From Takakia lepidozioides (Eukaryota; Plantae; Bryophyta), in contig CM060733.1 of NCBI GenBank assembly GCA_030704615.1, positions 70,742,001 through 70,806,000 of the forward strand: a stretch of 64,000 nucleotides of DNA. Reading direction: 5' to 3'. Both the position numbers and the translations under genes were made by a program. The notes beneath the pieces were generated by a model that saw only the letters and a program-made list of their open reading frames with translations, had not been told where the DNA came from and made no database searches. How positions within the stretch are numbered: position 1 is the first letter of the stretch; each line of letters opens with the position of its first letter. Below are positions 1 to 14,000 of this stretch, in pieces.

Positions 1-408
1 CAAGAAATGAGTTTGTTTGTTGTACTTGAGAAATTTTGATTCCATGAGCACCAAAACCAAATAGTTTGAAACATAGCAGCTATGCTCATGTGAGCTGTTG
101 TGAAGCCGTAAAGGTACAGAAACTTGCAGTAAGGAAAAATGGTTTATATCATAGGCAAACAAAAATTATGTGCTTATATGTTCCCCAAGTACAAGTGAAG
201 TAAACACCTTTGCACATGTACAAAGTTTACGGTTTCTGTAACATTTCTCCAGGGTCGACTAATCATCTTTGGTCTGTGTTAGTTTTCTAGGTACACTGCT
301 ATACCATGGTTCTTGCGTTACCCCCTTAGCAGACTTCAACTTGACCCAAGAGAATGGACTTGGATGGATGTCAAGAAAACACCTCTCCTCGGGTACAAAG
401 TCAAGATT

Positions 409-1132
409 TGTCGCGGCCCTTTGCCTCGAGGGCAGGGGGGTCGGGACACAAGAGGGGCTGCCCCTGTGGTGGGGGCAGTGGCAGCGATAGGTATGGGGGG
501 GCTGAAGCACCCTTGAGTGCCCAAGGCACTCAAGGAGGCGGAGGCGCTCACTAGGTGGAGCCCCGCACACCGGGTTGCGGTGGGGGTGGCTCCACAAGGG
601 GTGGTGGTAGCTTAGCGGGACTTAGTGGGGGTGGCATAGGACTCACCCTGGGGCGGAGACCTCGTGGTGGGAGTCGTGGGGAGTCTTGGGACTCATCACG
701 GTCCATAGGGGCCGTGGTGGGTGGGCCAAGACTCACCGCGACTCATCACCGGGAGTCGAGGGTGTTTGTGGTGGTTCGCCATAAAATGGCATGGTTGTTG
801 TGAAACCCCCGCGGACAGCTACAGAAGTATATATAGGGAGTAGTAACCCCGAGAACGGTGCAAGCCCGTTGGTGACCAAAACTAGTGAGTAAGCGAGCGA
901 GCCGGAAAGCGACCAAAGAGTGGGGAGCTGTTTCCGGACTGCCAACTACCAAAGGGAATTCTGCTGGTTCCAAATCGTTGGAGGGTTCTTTGGGAGATCA
1001 AGGGGGGGACCGTTATGTCCCGGTGAGCAGCCGAAGCTCCAAGTTGGCCCGGCGGCCAGGTTGGGAGTTAGGCGCGCATCAAGCGAGTAACTATGACTTG
1101 AGGGGGAGCTTACCGAAGTGAGGTGCGCGACA
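409..1132 (+). repeat. 5' LTR of copy A
   Basis: TG...CA termini; near-identical to 6632-7359. Confidence 0.95.
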
Positions 1133-1134
1133 CT

Positions 1135-1146
1135 TGGTATCAGAGC
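1135..1146 (+). promoter_or_regulatory. Primer-binding site (initiator tRNA-Met)
   Basis: TGGTATCAGAGC 2 nt after the LTR end; the same motif is at 24764-24775. Confidence 0.92.
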
Positions 1147-1187
1147 TTAGAGTTCAGTACGCGATCGTCCTTGGGATTGGCCTCATC

Positions 1188-4100
1188 ATGGGGTCGGGCA
1201 AGCCAAAGCGAAGCGGAACGGCCCAAAAGATGATGATCCTGGTGAGCCCGATGGGGGCGACGTGTCACCGAGGCGGCCGTTTGAGGAAGCGATGCATGTT
1301 TCCAAAAACGAGGCCGCTCAAGAGCGGGAGGAATCTGAGGAGTCGGAGCCTGAGGAATCCCTGAGAGCTCCGACCGACCAACAGATGCCTCCATGCCGGC
1401 AGCCTTTTGGGAAGGGTTGTTGGCGCAATTTGGCGGGACGTTGAAAGACGTGTTGAAGGCGGCTAATGCCACTTCCACTAAGGCAAAGTTTAAGGTGAAG
1501 CCGAAGGAACCCGACACCTTGAGGGCGTCCAAAATCGGAAGGCACTCAACACCTGGCTCTTGGAGCTGGAGCAGTACTTCCGGGCGGCCAAGTTGAGTGA
1601 CGAGGATCGGGTGGAAGTGGCTCCCACCTATTTGAGGGGCTATGCTCAACAATGTGGCAGAAACGCCTTCACGACCGAGGTCCAAGCCGGAAACCTTGAA
1701 CTGGAGTGGGTTCAAGGAATTGATGAAGAGGCAGTTTGTGCCCCTCAACGCGTCCTGGCTGCCCGGGACAAGATGAGGAATTTGAAGCAAACAGATGACA
1801 TTCGGGGATATGTCCAGGCTTTCAATGTGCTGTTGCTCGAAGTCGCGGACATGGCAGAACCAGAAATGGTCTTCAACTTTGTGGGGACTGGCCCCATGGG
1901 CCAGGCGAAGTTGGAGGAGAAGCCACCTAAGACTTTGAACGAGGCAATTGAGAGGGCTGAATGTTTCTCGGATGTCCCTAGGGGTGAAAGACAAGGCCGT
2001 ACGGAGCTGAACCACAAGAAGACCCGGCGGGAAGGTGACTCCTTCCGACCGGAAAAGAAGTGGGATAGGCCACGCGGCGACAATGGCACGTGGAAATCGA
2101 AGGGAGGGCCTTCACAAGTCAAGGCGGCACCCGGTGCTTCGAAAGGAAAAGCGGGTGGAGCGGCTTATGGCGGACAGAAGGCGACCTTTGATGGAGTGTG
2201 TTTCAATTGCGGGGAGCCCGGGCACATGGCCAAGAAGTGCACGAAGCCCGGCAATTGAACATGACTCGGGCGACCACAGAGCTGTCGGAAGATACCATCA
2301 GTCGCTTGGTGGAAGCGGTGGTCGCCAGGACTTGCAAGGTAGGCAAAATTTTTGTGAGTTGTATCAGGAAACTGGCGCCTTACGTAAAGGGAGTCAGTTA
2401 TTGTTCGTGGATGGGATAATATCCGGAACTAACGTGTCGTTGTTGGTGGACACAGGAGCGTCGCACTCCTTCATGACACCGGCAACGGCACAAAAGTTGG
2501 GACTCCCGACAAGTGACGTGGGGGCCTCTATTGAGGTGCGTTCTGCCAAAGGAGAACCGCAATTGGCGACAAGGTTGGCGTTTGATGTTCCTCTTCAACT
2601 GGGGAGTTGGGAGGGACGTGAGAACTTCACCATCTGCGAGATCGATGGAGTGGATCTCATTTTGGGGATGACCTTTTTGAGCAAATCCGGAGCGGTCATA
2701 GATGGCCGCAAGAGAGTAGTCACGCTGCCATGTGGGAATGGTGGCGAGGTCTTACGAGTGTCGGAAACGCCCAAACCCGTGGGAGGGCGAATAAACCTTG
2801 TCAGCAAGGGAGTGGGCCGTGGAGGAGGCACACGAGCCCCAGTTTTTGCTCTACATTAGAGAAGTGAAGGGAGAAGGCGATGGGGAGCCGAGCCCAGATT
2901 GGATCAAGGGGATTTTGGAGAAATACCAGGATGTGATGCCGGAGGATTTACCAAGCGGCTTGCCACCGCGAAGAGGAGTTGACCACAAGATTGAGGTGAT
3001 ATCGGGATCGGAACCGCCTGCCAAGGCGCCCTACCGGTTGAGCCACAGAGAGTTGGTCGAGCTGAAGACTCAGCTCAAAGATCTAATGTCAAAGGGGTAC
3101 ATCCGGCCGAGTAAGTCACCTTACGGAGCCCCGGTGCTATTTGCAGATAAAAAGGATGGGACGCTGCGGATGTGTGTCGATTACAGGGCTCTGAATAAGG
3201 TGACTATAAAAAACCGGTACCCTTTGCCAAGGATCGACGACCTCTTCGATCGGTTGGCAGGAGCGAAGTATTTCAGCCGGATCGACTTGCGCTCCGGCTA
3301 TCATCAAATTCGGGTGGCAGAAGGAGATGAGGAGAAGACCGCGTGCAGGACAAGGTATGGTTCATATGAGTTCTTGGTGATGCCTTTTGGGCTCACCAAT
3401 GCACCAGCGACATTTAGCACGCTGATGAACAACCTTTTTCAGGAGTGGTTGGATGACTTTGTGATCGTGTACATCGACGACATCTTGGTGTACTCAAAAA
3501 CAAAGGAGGAGCACCTGGAGCACCTGAAAAGGGTGTTCCAAAAATTGCGGGAAGGGAAGCTATACGCCAAAGCTTCAAAGTGCGAATTTGGGGTCACGAA
3601 AGTGGAGTTCTGGGGCATGTGATTACACAGGATGGGATCAAAATGGATGACAGAAAGGTGAGGGCGATCTTGGACTGGGAGCCTCCGACTTCGGTCCCGG
3701 GAGTGCGATCCTTCCTAGGACTCGCCTCCTATTACCGGAAGTATGTGAGAAATTTCGCCAAGATCGCGGGGGCCGCTGTCGGACCTTCTGTGTAAATCCA
3801 AAGTCTGGGTATGGAACACCTTTTGTGGCCAAGCTTTTGCTGAATTGAAGCAGCGGATGGCGGAAGCTCCAGTCTTGAAAATCCCGGAGTTCGATCGTCC
3901 GTTCGAGATTCATACAGATGCGTCGGACTTCATGATTGGGGGTGTACTGATGCAGAATGGACGTCCAGTGGCTTACGAAAGTAAGAAACTGAATGAAGTG
4001 GAGCGACGGTGGCCGACGCACGAAAAAAAGATGAAGGCGGTGGTGCACTGTCTTGAGCTTTGGCGCCACTATGTTGGTTCCAACCCAGTGAAGGTGTTCA

Positions 4101-5725
4101 CGGACAATGTCACGGTGAAGTATTTTGCCACGCAGCCCAAGTTGTCCCCAAAACAACTTAGTGGCAAGATACTTTGGCGGTGTTCGACGTGGATATCCAG
4201 TACAAACCGGGACGGGACAACGTGGTGGCCGATGCTTTAAGTAGAAAGCAGCAGCTCTTGTTGGTGTACAGGGCGAGACGGCGCTCCAAAGGAAGATCCG
4301 GAAGGCTTGCCGGAAGGATGAGCTGGCGAAGTCCGTGATGCAGGACTTGAGGATGGGGGTTAAATCGCAGTTCCACTTGCAAAATGGACTGCTCCGGTAT
4401 AAGCAAAAGCGTCTCTACGTGCCGAAGGGAGGGATCAGAGATAGCCTCTTGAGAGAATGCCATGATAGCCCGCTTGCGGGCCACGGCGGAGCCAAGCGCA
4501 CTATGGCACTCTTGAAGAAAGAGTATTTCTGGCCCAAACTGAGGGAGGAGGCAGAGGAGTATGTCAAGACATGCACCACATGCCAACAAAACCGGAGCGA
4601 GTACAAAAGCAAGCGGGGCTGTTACAACCCTTGCCGATTCCAGAGGGGACTTGGGAAAGCGTCTCGATGGATTTCATGACTGCTATGCCGCTGTCAAAAG
4701 GATTCGATGCAATCATGGTGGTGGTGGATAGGTTCAGTAAAATGGGCCATTTCATCCCCACCAAGGAGACGGCAATGGCGCAGGAGACAGGGCGACTTTA
4801 CTTCGCCCACGTCTTAAAGCATCATGGAGTCCCGAAGGATATTGTCTCGGACGCGATCCAAAGTTTACGAGTAAATTTTGGAGGACACTTTGGAAGAAGA
4901 TGGGGACGAGGCTGAAGATGAGCACCGCCTTCCGACCTACGACCGACGGCCAAACAAAAAGAGTGAATTCCGTAGTGAAGCAGATCTTGCGGAATTACGT
5001 GTCGGCAGACCAATCAGACTGGGTGGAACACTTAGACGCAGAGTTCTGTTATAATAACACAGAACACTCCGCAATGGGAGTTTCCCCTTTCGTATTGGTC
5101 TATGGAAAAGCACCTCTGGTGCCGACAAGTTGGGCCGCCCAAGACGTTGAGGAACCGGCAGTAGCGGCGGTACTGGAAGAACGCGAGCGTTTGTTGAAGC
5201 TCGCAAAGTACAACATTGCCAAAGCTAGGAAACGGTATGAAAGGCAGGAATCGGAAGCGGAGGGAGTGAAGTTTGAGGCAGGCACGGAGGTCTGGTTGAA
5301 CATCAAGAATTTCCGACTACCTCCGGAAGTGAGTCCAAAGTTCGTACCTCCGTATGCGGGACCCTTTCGCATCCGGAAGGTTATGAATGAGGATGTGTAT
5401 GAATTGGAGCTGCCGGAAAACACAAGGTGCATCCAGTATTCCACGTCTCCCTTTTGAAGCCTTACTTCAAAGATGAAGCGCGTCCGAATCGGCATCAAGT
5501 GTTGCGTCCGCCACCTGTGCTGTTGGATCATGAAAATGAACCTGAGTACGAGGTGGAGGCAGTACTTAAGTCGAGGAGGTTCAAGAACCAAGAAACGGAG
5601 TATCTCGTCAAATGGAAGGGCTATCATCATGTGGAGGCATCTTGGGTGCGTGCCTCAGAAATGGGAAACGCATCCGAGGCGGTTGCAGTTTTGAAGGGCG
5701 ACCTCAAAAGCGGAAGAAGCGTTGA
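1188..5725 (+). pseudogene. gag-pol polyprotein of copy A, broken by many 1-nt indels
   Basis: CCHC knuckle CFNCGEPGHMAKKC; protease LVDTGASHSF; [12 protein letters not shown]; RNase H HTDASD; integrase HHCC and core; chromodomain EYEVEAVLKSR...EYLVKWKGY (~5545-5700). Confidence 0.93.
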
Positions 5726-6631
5726 TGGGGACATCAACCTTGGAGCGTGGGGGAGGAAATGCATGCTTAGCCCGGCTTAGCTAGCTCAGGAATCCAATTG
5801 CAAAAACTTGTATTGTACAAAAATTTGTTATAAAGGAAATGGGTTCCAAATGTTGTGCGTCCTATTTTGTTTGGAATGGTGATGCATGTGTGGTTGGGGC
5901 TAGTGTGTAGAATGCATGCTAGCTTACAAAAGTGGGAGAGGTAAATTGGGTTAATCGTGTGTTTGCGCAGTGCCAAAATCGGGTGACTCCCATCCAAGGG
6001 GCAAGGAAACATGCGCCTTCTTTGGGAGTTCACGTGCTAGTGCGCACCTGGCGCGTGCGCGTACTATAACTGCGCTACCGAGGTGGTTGCCTTGTAGTGC
6101 GGGCTAACACGGAAGCTACGTGCTTCCGTTCACGTACTATAATCGTGTAGCCTCGGGACGAAGTCGTAGTGCGGCTTCGACGTGTTCCCGTACCTCAGGC
6201 CAGCATTCCAAGACGGACCCAATTGTAGTGATTGGGGCGCACGTTGGTTCAAGGTTATCTTCCTAGTCAAAGGGGGTTCGAAGTGAACCCTTGCGCAAGG
6301 TGATGCCAAAAGCGGCATCATGAGCGATCGCAAGCAATGTTGTTGCAGTAAGGCGATTCGATCCTCGGGGAGGATCGTTCCTTGGCCTTGAAGTAGGCCA
6401 AGAAGAGTGCACTGGGAGGAGCTTGAGAGGCTCCACCCCTGGCCGGGACTTGGAGGAAGTCGGCCGAACTAGCTAGTGGAGAGTAGAGTCAAGTGTGGGG
6501 TTTGGTTCTTTGCCATGGGACGCCATGGTACGGAAACAAACTCCTTGATGTGGGACGCCACAACTTGGATGTTCGTTTTCACAAAATGGACAAGTCGATG
6601 AGGACATCGACTCCCTGTTGGTAGGGGTGTG

Positions 6632-7359
6632 TGTCGCGGCCCTTTGCCTTGAGGGCAGGGGGGTCGGGACACAAGAGGGGCTGCCCCTGTGGTGGGGGCA
6701 GTGGCAGCGATAGGTATGGGGGGGCTGAAGCACCCTTGAGTGCCCAAGGCACTCAAGGAGGCGGAGGCGCTCACTAGGTGGAGCCCCGCACACCGGGTTG
6801 CGGTGGGGGTGGCTCCACAAGGGGTGGTGGTAGCTTAGCGGGACTTAGTGGGGGTGGCATAGGACTCACCCTGGGGGCGGAGACCTCGTGGTGGGAGTCG
6901 TGGGGAGTCTTGGGACTCATCATGGTCCATAGGGGCCGTGGTGGGTGGGCCAAGACTCACCGCGACTCGTCACCGGGAGTCGAGGGTGTTCGTGGTGGTT
7001 CGCCATAAAATGGCATGGTTGTTTGTGAAACCCCCGCGGACAGCTACAGAAGTATATATAGGGAGTAGTAACCCCGAGAACGGTGCAAGCCCGTTGGTGA
7101 CCAAAACTAGTGAGTAAGCGAGCGAGCCGGAAAGCGACCAAAGAGTGGGGAGCTGTTCCGGACTGCCAACTACCAAAGGGAATTCCGCTGGTTCCAAATC
7201 GTTGGAGGGTTCTTTGGGAGATCAAGGGGGGGACCGTTATGTCCCGGTGAGCAGCCGAAGCTCCAAGTTGGCCCGGCGGCCAGGTTGGGAGTTAGGCGCG
7301 CGCATCAAGCGAGTAACTATGACTTGAGGGGGGAGCTTACCCAAGTGAGGTGCGCGACA
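6632..7359 (+). repeat. 3' LTR of copy A
   Basis: Preceded by purine-rich GGTAGGGGTG (PPT); followed by TSD AGATT. Confidence 0.95.
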
Positions 7360-7364
7360 AGATT

Positions 7365-8475
7365 GGCTGTAAGCTGTTGTTGGGCAACGTTAATTTCACA
7401 GCTAAGTGGAATGGAAAATAGAACCTTAGCTTGCCGGAACAGGGCTGGAAGCAAATCTGGAAAGATATTTGGGTAAAGCACCTTTCTACTAAAATCAGTG
7501 TTTTTTTTATGGAAGATAGCCAATACAATCCTCCCTATGGCAATCAACTTTCAGGGCCAGGACCCTGCTTGCCTGGTGTGCAACGGTGGTTACAATAAAA
7601 CTATGGAGCACGTTTTGTTCAGCTGCCACCTTCCTGCTAGGATTTGGACTATAGTGGCAGACTTCTATTCCCAATGGAAGGCCCTCCCATCCCTATTAGC
7701 TCCTCTCATGTTGCTATAGAAGCTCTGCATGGAACGGATGCCCGATCTGGGCCTGCTTTAGAGCACATACGCTATGGGCAATATGGAAGGCCAAATGTGT
7801 TTTGATCTTTGAGGGAAAACGCCCCAACATCAGACTGATCCTTTGCAAACTGTATTCCGATCTGATGACTGAGGGGCGTAAGGCTTGGGTGTCCTTGCCA
7901 ACAGTCATCAGCATGTGCAGTGAACGAAGGAGCTGACAGCTGCTTGCGGATTTTGACACCACCTGGGCCAAAGACAACATCCTCTGCTCCAGGATCGATG
8001 ACTCTCGAGTTACATGGCATGACCTCCTCCCCGTCACTTGGCAAGTCGCCGGCTGAATCGGACGCACCAGACATCAATTGGAAACACAGCAAGACCCACA
8101 GCTCTAAATCCAAAGTGCATCTAGATTTCGGTCATTGATAGCCTCTTTGTTCTCAGGACCTGATATATTGCTATCCTTCCCCTAGGATTGGTAGCATGTT
8201 ACAGCCCTCTGCCTCTTCTTTTGGTTCTTTCAAGACTTTGGGCTCCATCATGATTATCACTCAGGCCCCCTAGGTTAGGCACGAACTGGCTTATTCCTGC
8301 TGTTCCCCCCTCGTTGCTATCAGTGCTGGGTGTTTCCCCATGTGATACGCCTTTACGGCCTTCCTGGAGGTTATTTTTTCCTCCGCTGTCTTGTTTTCCC
8401 CTCATTTTTAATAAACTCGGCCAAGGCCCCTGTCCCCCTGTTCAAAAAAGTAAAAAAAATAAAAAATAAAAAATA
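7365..8475 (+). mobile_element. 3' end of a degenerate L1-like LINE (zf-RVT region plus A-rich tail); its 5' part (~250-408) lies on the other side of copy A
   Basis: WKQIWKDIW..KISVFLWKIANTILP...CLVC...MEHVLFSC..ARIW is the LINE ORF2 zinc-finger motif; A-rich tail at ~8443-8475. Confidence 0.75.
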
Positions 8476-8700
8476 ATGCAACAATATAATGCATGCTTGT
8501 CATCTGAGGGTACTTTTGCCAGATTGAGCTCTGGCCGGAGCCCCTCTTACATCCTCCCCACCCCCTCTTATTACTAGTTTGCATTAGACATAGGATGGGA
8601 ATAGGAATAATGCAACAATTTATGTATGCTTGTGATTTGATAGTACTTCTGCCAGATTGAGCTCCGGCCGGAGCCCCTCTTACATCCTCCCCATCCCCCC
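8472..8700 (+). repeat. Tandem duplication, ~135 bp period
   Basis: aataatgcaacaat...gccagattgagct.ggccggagcccctcttacatcctcccca occurs twice. Confidence 0.75.
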
Positions 8701-8990
8701 AGCGGATTCCTATCCAGGTCCTTGCCCTCCCGTGGCTGCACTATGAAGTCACAATACGGCTCGTTGGGGGCAAGCTCCTAGTGCTGACTCATTCCAAGTT
8801 ACGAGAATCTACCAAATAGTTAGCCAAGAATGACAACAACAAGACGATGCGACACGATACACAACGGTATCCTGAAGATCTCCCTTCGTATCCCTTTTAC
8901 TACCAAGGCGACTCCAATCCTGAGTGCCTGAACGTCTTGTTCTACCAATACAAATGGGTGTCTCCTAGACTAGCGTCTCTCTGCTATATA

Positions 8991-9180
8991 GTAGGGATAG
9001 AGTGTGGGTCCAGATTCGTCCAAGAGGGCCAGATTTCAAGCACAAGCTTACGTATGATTCCCTGTGGATCTATAGTTACAAGAAACCTGCATGGGTAGAT
9101 GGTCAAGTAAAGGCAGTTGTTGCAGCGACACAGTTGATAAAATCAGGCACCTCAACCATGACCACACCTTCTGAAATAGG
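8991..9180 (+). pseudogene. Isolated OSB-type PDF motif fragment
   Basis: RGPDFKHKLTYDSLWIYSYKKPAWVDGQ; homologous to the minus-strand units at 34.6-53.9 kb. Confidence 0.75.
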
Positions 9181-9534
9181 TTGAAGAGAGGGGGTCCACA
9201 ATGCCTGTCATGGCCCAAACTTTCCTCATCACTAGTTTTCCTTATTCATCCATGCGGCGATACTCCTTCATCATATAATTTTTTTGGCTTAAGTACCGTT
9301 AAACCGTTACAATGATGAAATAGCTAGGGTTAGTTAATGATGGTGGCCGCATCCTGGCCGTCCGTTAGATCTAAGGATAGAAATAGGCGCCGCGGGCTCA
9401 GCTTGTCACACCTCGCCACACGGCATGCAAGCAAGCAGCTAGGGTTTAGTATAAAGCGGCTGCCTGACACAAGGTCAGGCAGCTTATGTACACTGGTGTA
9501 TGTATGTATGTAAAGGTGTCAATCAGATACGTGT

Positions 9535-11070
9535 ATAAGATTTCCGGTGGCATCAATCCTTCCACAAAAAGGCCCATCTGCATATGGTCAGGGATGTTAT
9601 GGTTATTCCATCGCCAGAGGATATCTTCCAATCGTCCTGCAAAAGAGCCGACTGATTTTCCTTCTACCATATGGAGCTTGGTCAATTGCTCACGCAACCG
9701 ATCGGTAAAGCCCAAGGGATTGAATTGAGTCAGAAAGGTTGTCTTTAGGGCATTCCAATCAGTAAAGATGCCATGAGGTTGACGATCGTACTACTGAAAA
9801 GCCACCTCACGCAGTGTAGCGGGAAACATCGTCCGCCACCAGTCTTCTGTCCTGGCATTGTTGGCGATACAAACCGTCATAAACTGAGCCAAATGCCGAT
9901 CGGGGTCTGATCCCTGTAGTCCCGTGAACTATGGCATAGGCGATACATTGACTGGTCTATCGTCGGGGCTGTAAGTGAACTCCAATCGGTACAGCAGCCA
10001 TTGGTGCTGGTACAATAGGCGGTACGATAGATACGATAGGAGGTACGTTAGGCGGCGCCGATACTGCAGCTAGTTGTGCGGCTAATAATGCACGTCGTGC
10101 TATCCGCACTGCCAATCGATCAGCCCTTGCCTTAGCCTGATGTTCCCTTCTCACAGGGGACTCCCTCATTCCCCATAACCCTTTCTTCTTTATCGAAAAC
10201 ACAAGACGATCTCCTTGATTCCTTGCGATAGACAATTCGAGTATCGTTGCCTGGTCCTCTTGTTTAGGTGGGAGCTGGTTCAGCTCCTCCTTTGGCTATC
10301 GCTAGTGCTAACATCGTTGTCTTCCTTAGGCTCAGATCCCGAAGGTTCAATCGTTTTAGCCTTCTTCCTCTGACTCTAAAAACATTCCGGAATTTCTGTC
10401 TTTTTGTGCTGATTCTGTGGATTGCAAAAAGGACATAATTTTAAACCAGGTGGTGGAACCTTACTGTTACGAATGACTTCCCCTGCCATCTCGTCTTCCT
10501 TCAACAACCTTAAAAAGAAAATATCTTGAAAGTTTATTAAAGCATCATTATTGCAAACTGCATTGTCTTTCCCCGGCAGCGGCGCCAAAAAGATGTAGAA
10601 TAAAAACTAGAATCAACCCCAGGAAAATGATCAATTAGTTTCAAGGTTCGTTCGCAGGGAAAGCACTGTATGATTGTAAAATAACGATGCTAGACTATTC
10701 TATCTCTCTCTATCCCTTCCTTGGATCCACCAGTCATCTTCATCTAACACGATCATCATTCTTCCAGTTTCATAAATATTCTCTCCATCCTCTCTTAACT
10801 CTGCTCCATCGGCTGAAATTAAATGCCATTGTTCATTCTCCCCTCAAATTTACAATGGTGTAATATTTGGTCATGACGTATATGTAGGTATCTGCAATCA
10901 ACTCCGAAAGATGGGCAACAAGGAAAATGGATGTTAACCAATAAGTTATAGTTACAAACGCTCGTCTTCCTGACAAATTTCGCCTAGTCTCGTATTTCAT
11001 AATCATGTCAAAAATTCGATCTACGTATGAAGAACATACCCACAAAGTTAGCAAAGCAATATATAGTTTT
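9535..11070 (-). mobile_element. Truncated Athila/Tat-like Gypsy element: partial 5' LTR, PBS and gag remnant
   Basis: LTR end ...TTCTACA at 10594; PBS TGGCGCCGCTGCCGGGGA at 10570-10587; retrotransposon gag-like WNALKTTFLTQF...LREQLTKLHMVEGKSV with an internal stop. Confidence 0.75.
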
Positions 11071-14000
11071 GATTGATCTCATATTACTCTGGGACCTGTC
11101 AGATGGTACATTGGACATACTGGCCAAGTCTCGAAGCCAACGAAAACCATTTGGATAGGCAACCATCCGTTGGTCCATTGGACAAATTTCGTTTCATCTC
11201 ATATTACTCTAGGACCTCTTAGATAGTACATTGAGCATACTAGCAAAGTCTGAAAGCGAACCAAAATCGTTCGGATGGGCAACCATCCGTTTAGCCATCG
11301 AATGAATTTCGATTGATCTCATATTAGTCCAGGACCTGTGAGAGGGTGTACCAAACGTACTGACAAAGTTTGAAAGCAAATAAAAATGATTTGGATAGGC
11401 AACCATCCGTTCAACCGTTGGATGAATTTCGTTTGATGTGCTATTACTCTGGGACCTGTTGAACAACGTTTCGGATGCACATGATTTTATTTTCATTCAA
11501 TTTTTTCAGCTATGTCTAATGACGGCATATGCAATGTGCGTGCCAAATTTCATAGCGTACAAAAGTCATTAAAACCCAAAACCACAGTTTCTTCCCTAAT
11601 TTGCATTCCAAACTTGATTTGTCTTCTACTTTATGCACTCTTCATAGATAGTTTAGCAATAGCGAGTGAAGATAACACTTTTAGAAATTTTCATTTTTGT
11701 TTGGTCCAAATTTTTGTAGGGATGTAGCGCTGGGAGGGTTGAAGCCATGGAACACGATTGAGCAAAAAATAAAACCGTTACGTAGCAGAAAACCCCAATC
11801 AAAGACAATGTAAACCTATTTATTTGCTTGAAATTCATTTAAACGTAATTTAATTGAAAATTGGTGGAAGGGCGAGGGCGTGGTTGGGGAGGCAAATGTT
11901 TGTTTCTTCTATTGGTTCTCCGCACATGTGTTGCACACATATTCAAGCACATGCGGGTAAAAGATAGGCCTCAACATCATCCGTTCAATGGATGCATTGG
12001 CCTTGCACCCATGATAGAATTTTTTTTTCGCAATAAACAAAATTGGATGACACATGAACGCCTCATTGGCCCACTGAATGAATTTCAATTGATTTCATAT
12101 TACTCTGGGACCTGTTAGATGGTACATTGGACATACTGGCCAAGTCTCGAAGCGAACGAAAATCATTTGGATAGGCAACCATCCGTTGGTTCATTGGACG
12201 AATTTTGTTTCATCTCATAATACTCTGGGATCTCTTAGATAGTACATTGAGCACACTGGCAAAGTCTGAAAGGGAACCAAAATCGTTCGGATGGGCATCC
12301 GTTCAGCCATCGAATGATTTTGGATTGATCTCATATTAGTCCGGGACCTGTGAGAGGGTGTACCAAACGTACTGACAAAGTTTGAAAGCAAACAAAAATG
12401 ATTTGGATGGGCAACCATCCGTTCAACCGTTGGATGAATTTCGTTTGATGTGCTATTACTCTAGGACTTGTTGGACGACATTTCAGATGCACATGATTTT
12501 TTTTTTCATTCCGTTTTTTCAGCCATGTCTAATGACGGTATATGCAACGTGCGTGCCAAATTATATAGCGTAAAAAAATCATTAAGATCCAAAACCATAG
12601 TTTCTTCCCTAATTTGCATTCCAAACTTGATTTGTCTTCTACTTCATGCACTCTTCATAGATAGTTTAGCAATAGCGAGCGAAGATAACACTTTTAGAAA
12701 TTTTCATTTTTGTTTGGTCCGAATTTTTGTAGGGATGTAGCGCTGGGAGGGTTGAAGCCGGAGCACAAGATTGAGCAAAAAATAAAACCGTTACGTAGCA
12801 GAAAACCCCAATCAAAGACAATGTAAACCTATTTATTTGCTTGAAATTCATTTAAACGTAATTTAATTGAAAATTGGTGGAAGGACGAGGGCGTGGTTGA
12901 GGAGGCAAATGTTTGTTTCTTCTATTGGTTCTCTGCACATGTGTTGCACACATATTCAAGTACATGCGGGTAAATGATGGGCCTCAACATCATCCGTTCA
13001 ATGGATGCATTGGCCGTTCACCCATGACAGGATTTCTTTTTCGCAATGAACAAAATTGGATAACATGTAAACGCCTCATTGGCCTATTGAACAAATTTCA
13101 ATTGATTTCATATTACTCTGGGATCTGTTAGATGGTACATTGAACATACTGGCCAAGTCTCGAAGCGAACGAAAATCATTTGGATAGACAACCTTCCGTT
13201 GGTTCATTGGACAAATTTCGTTTCATCTCATATTACTCTGAGACCTCTTAGATAGTACATTGAGCACACTGGCAAAGTCTGAAAGCGAACTAAAATTGTT
13301 CGGATGGGCAACCATCCGTTCAGCCATCGAATGAATTTCGATTGATCTCATATTAGTCCGGGACCAGTGAGAGAGTGTACTGAACGTATTGACAAAGTTT
13401 GAAAGCAAACAAAAATGATTTGGATGGGCAACCATCCGTTCAACCGTTGGATGAATTTCGTTTGATGTGCTATTATTCTGGGACCTGTTGGACAACGTTT
13501 TGGGTGCACGTGATTTTTTTTTCATTCCGTTTTTTCAGCCATGTCTAATGACGGCATATGCAACGTGCGTGCCAAATTTCATAGCGAACAAAAGTCAGTA
13601 AGACCCAATACCACTGTTTCTTCCCTAATTTGCATTCCAAACTTGATTTGTCTTCTACTTCATGCACTCTTCATAAAGTGTTCTGCAATAACGAGCGAAG
13701 AGAACACTTTTAGAAATTTTCATTTTTGTTTGGTCCAAAGTTTTTTAGGGATGTAGCAGTGGGAGGGTTGAAGCCAAAAAACAAGATTGAACAAAAAATA
13801 AAACCGTTACGTAGCAGAAAACCCCAATCAAAGACAATGTAAACCTATTTATTTGCTTGAAATTTATTTAAACGTAATTTAATTGAAAATTGGTGGAAGG
13901 GCGAGGCGTGGTTGGGGAGGCAAATATTTGTTGCTTCTCTTGTTTTACCGCACATGTGTTGCACACATATTCAAGCACATGCGGGCAAAAGATGGGCCTC

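Larger units (their letters stand above)
409..7359 (+). mobile_element. Full-length Ty3/Gypsy chromovirus LTR retrotransposon, Galadriel-like (copy A)
   Basis: Two ~725 bp LTRs with TGTCGCG...CGCGACA termini; 5-bp TSD AGATT at 404-408 and 7360-7364; tRNA-Met PBS; gag-PR-RT-RH-IN-chromodomain order. [13 protein letters not shown] and PVAYESKKLNEVERRWPTHEK resemble the Galadriel clade (from recall). Confidence 0.96.

Noticed and set aside
259-1121. ORFs within the LTRs (also 6469-7327 and 30401-31762)
   Set aside because: Chance frames in GC-rich LTR sequence, broken differently in each copy.
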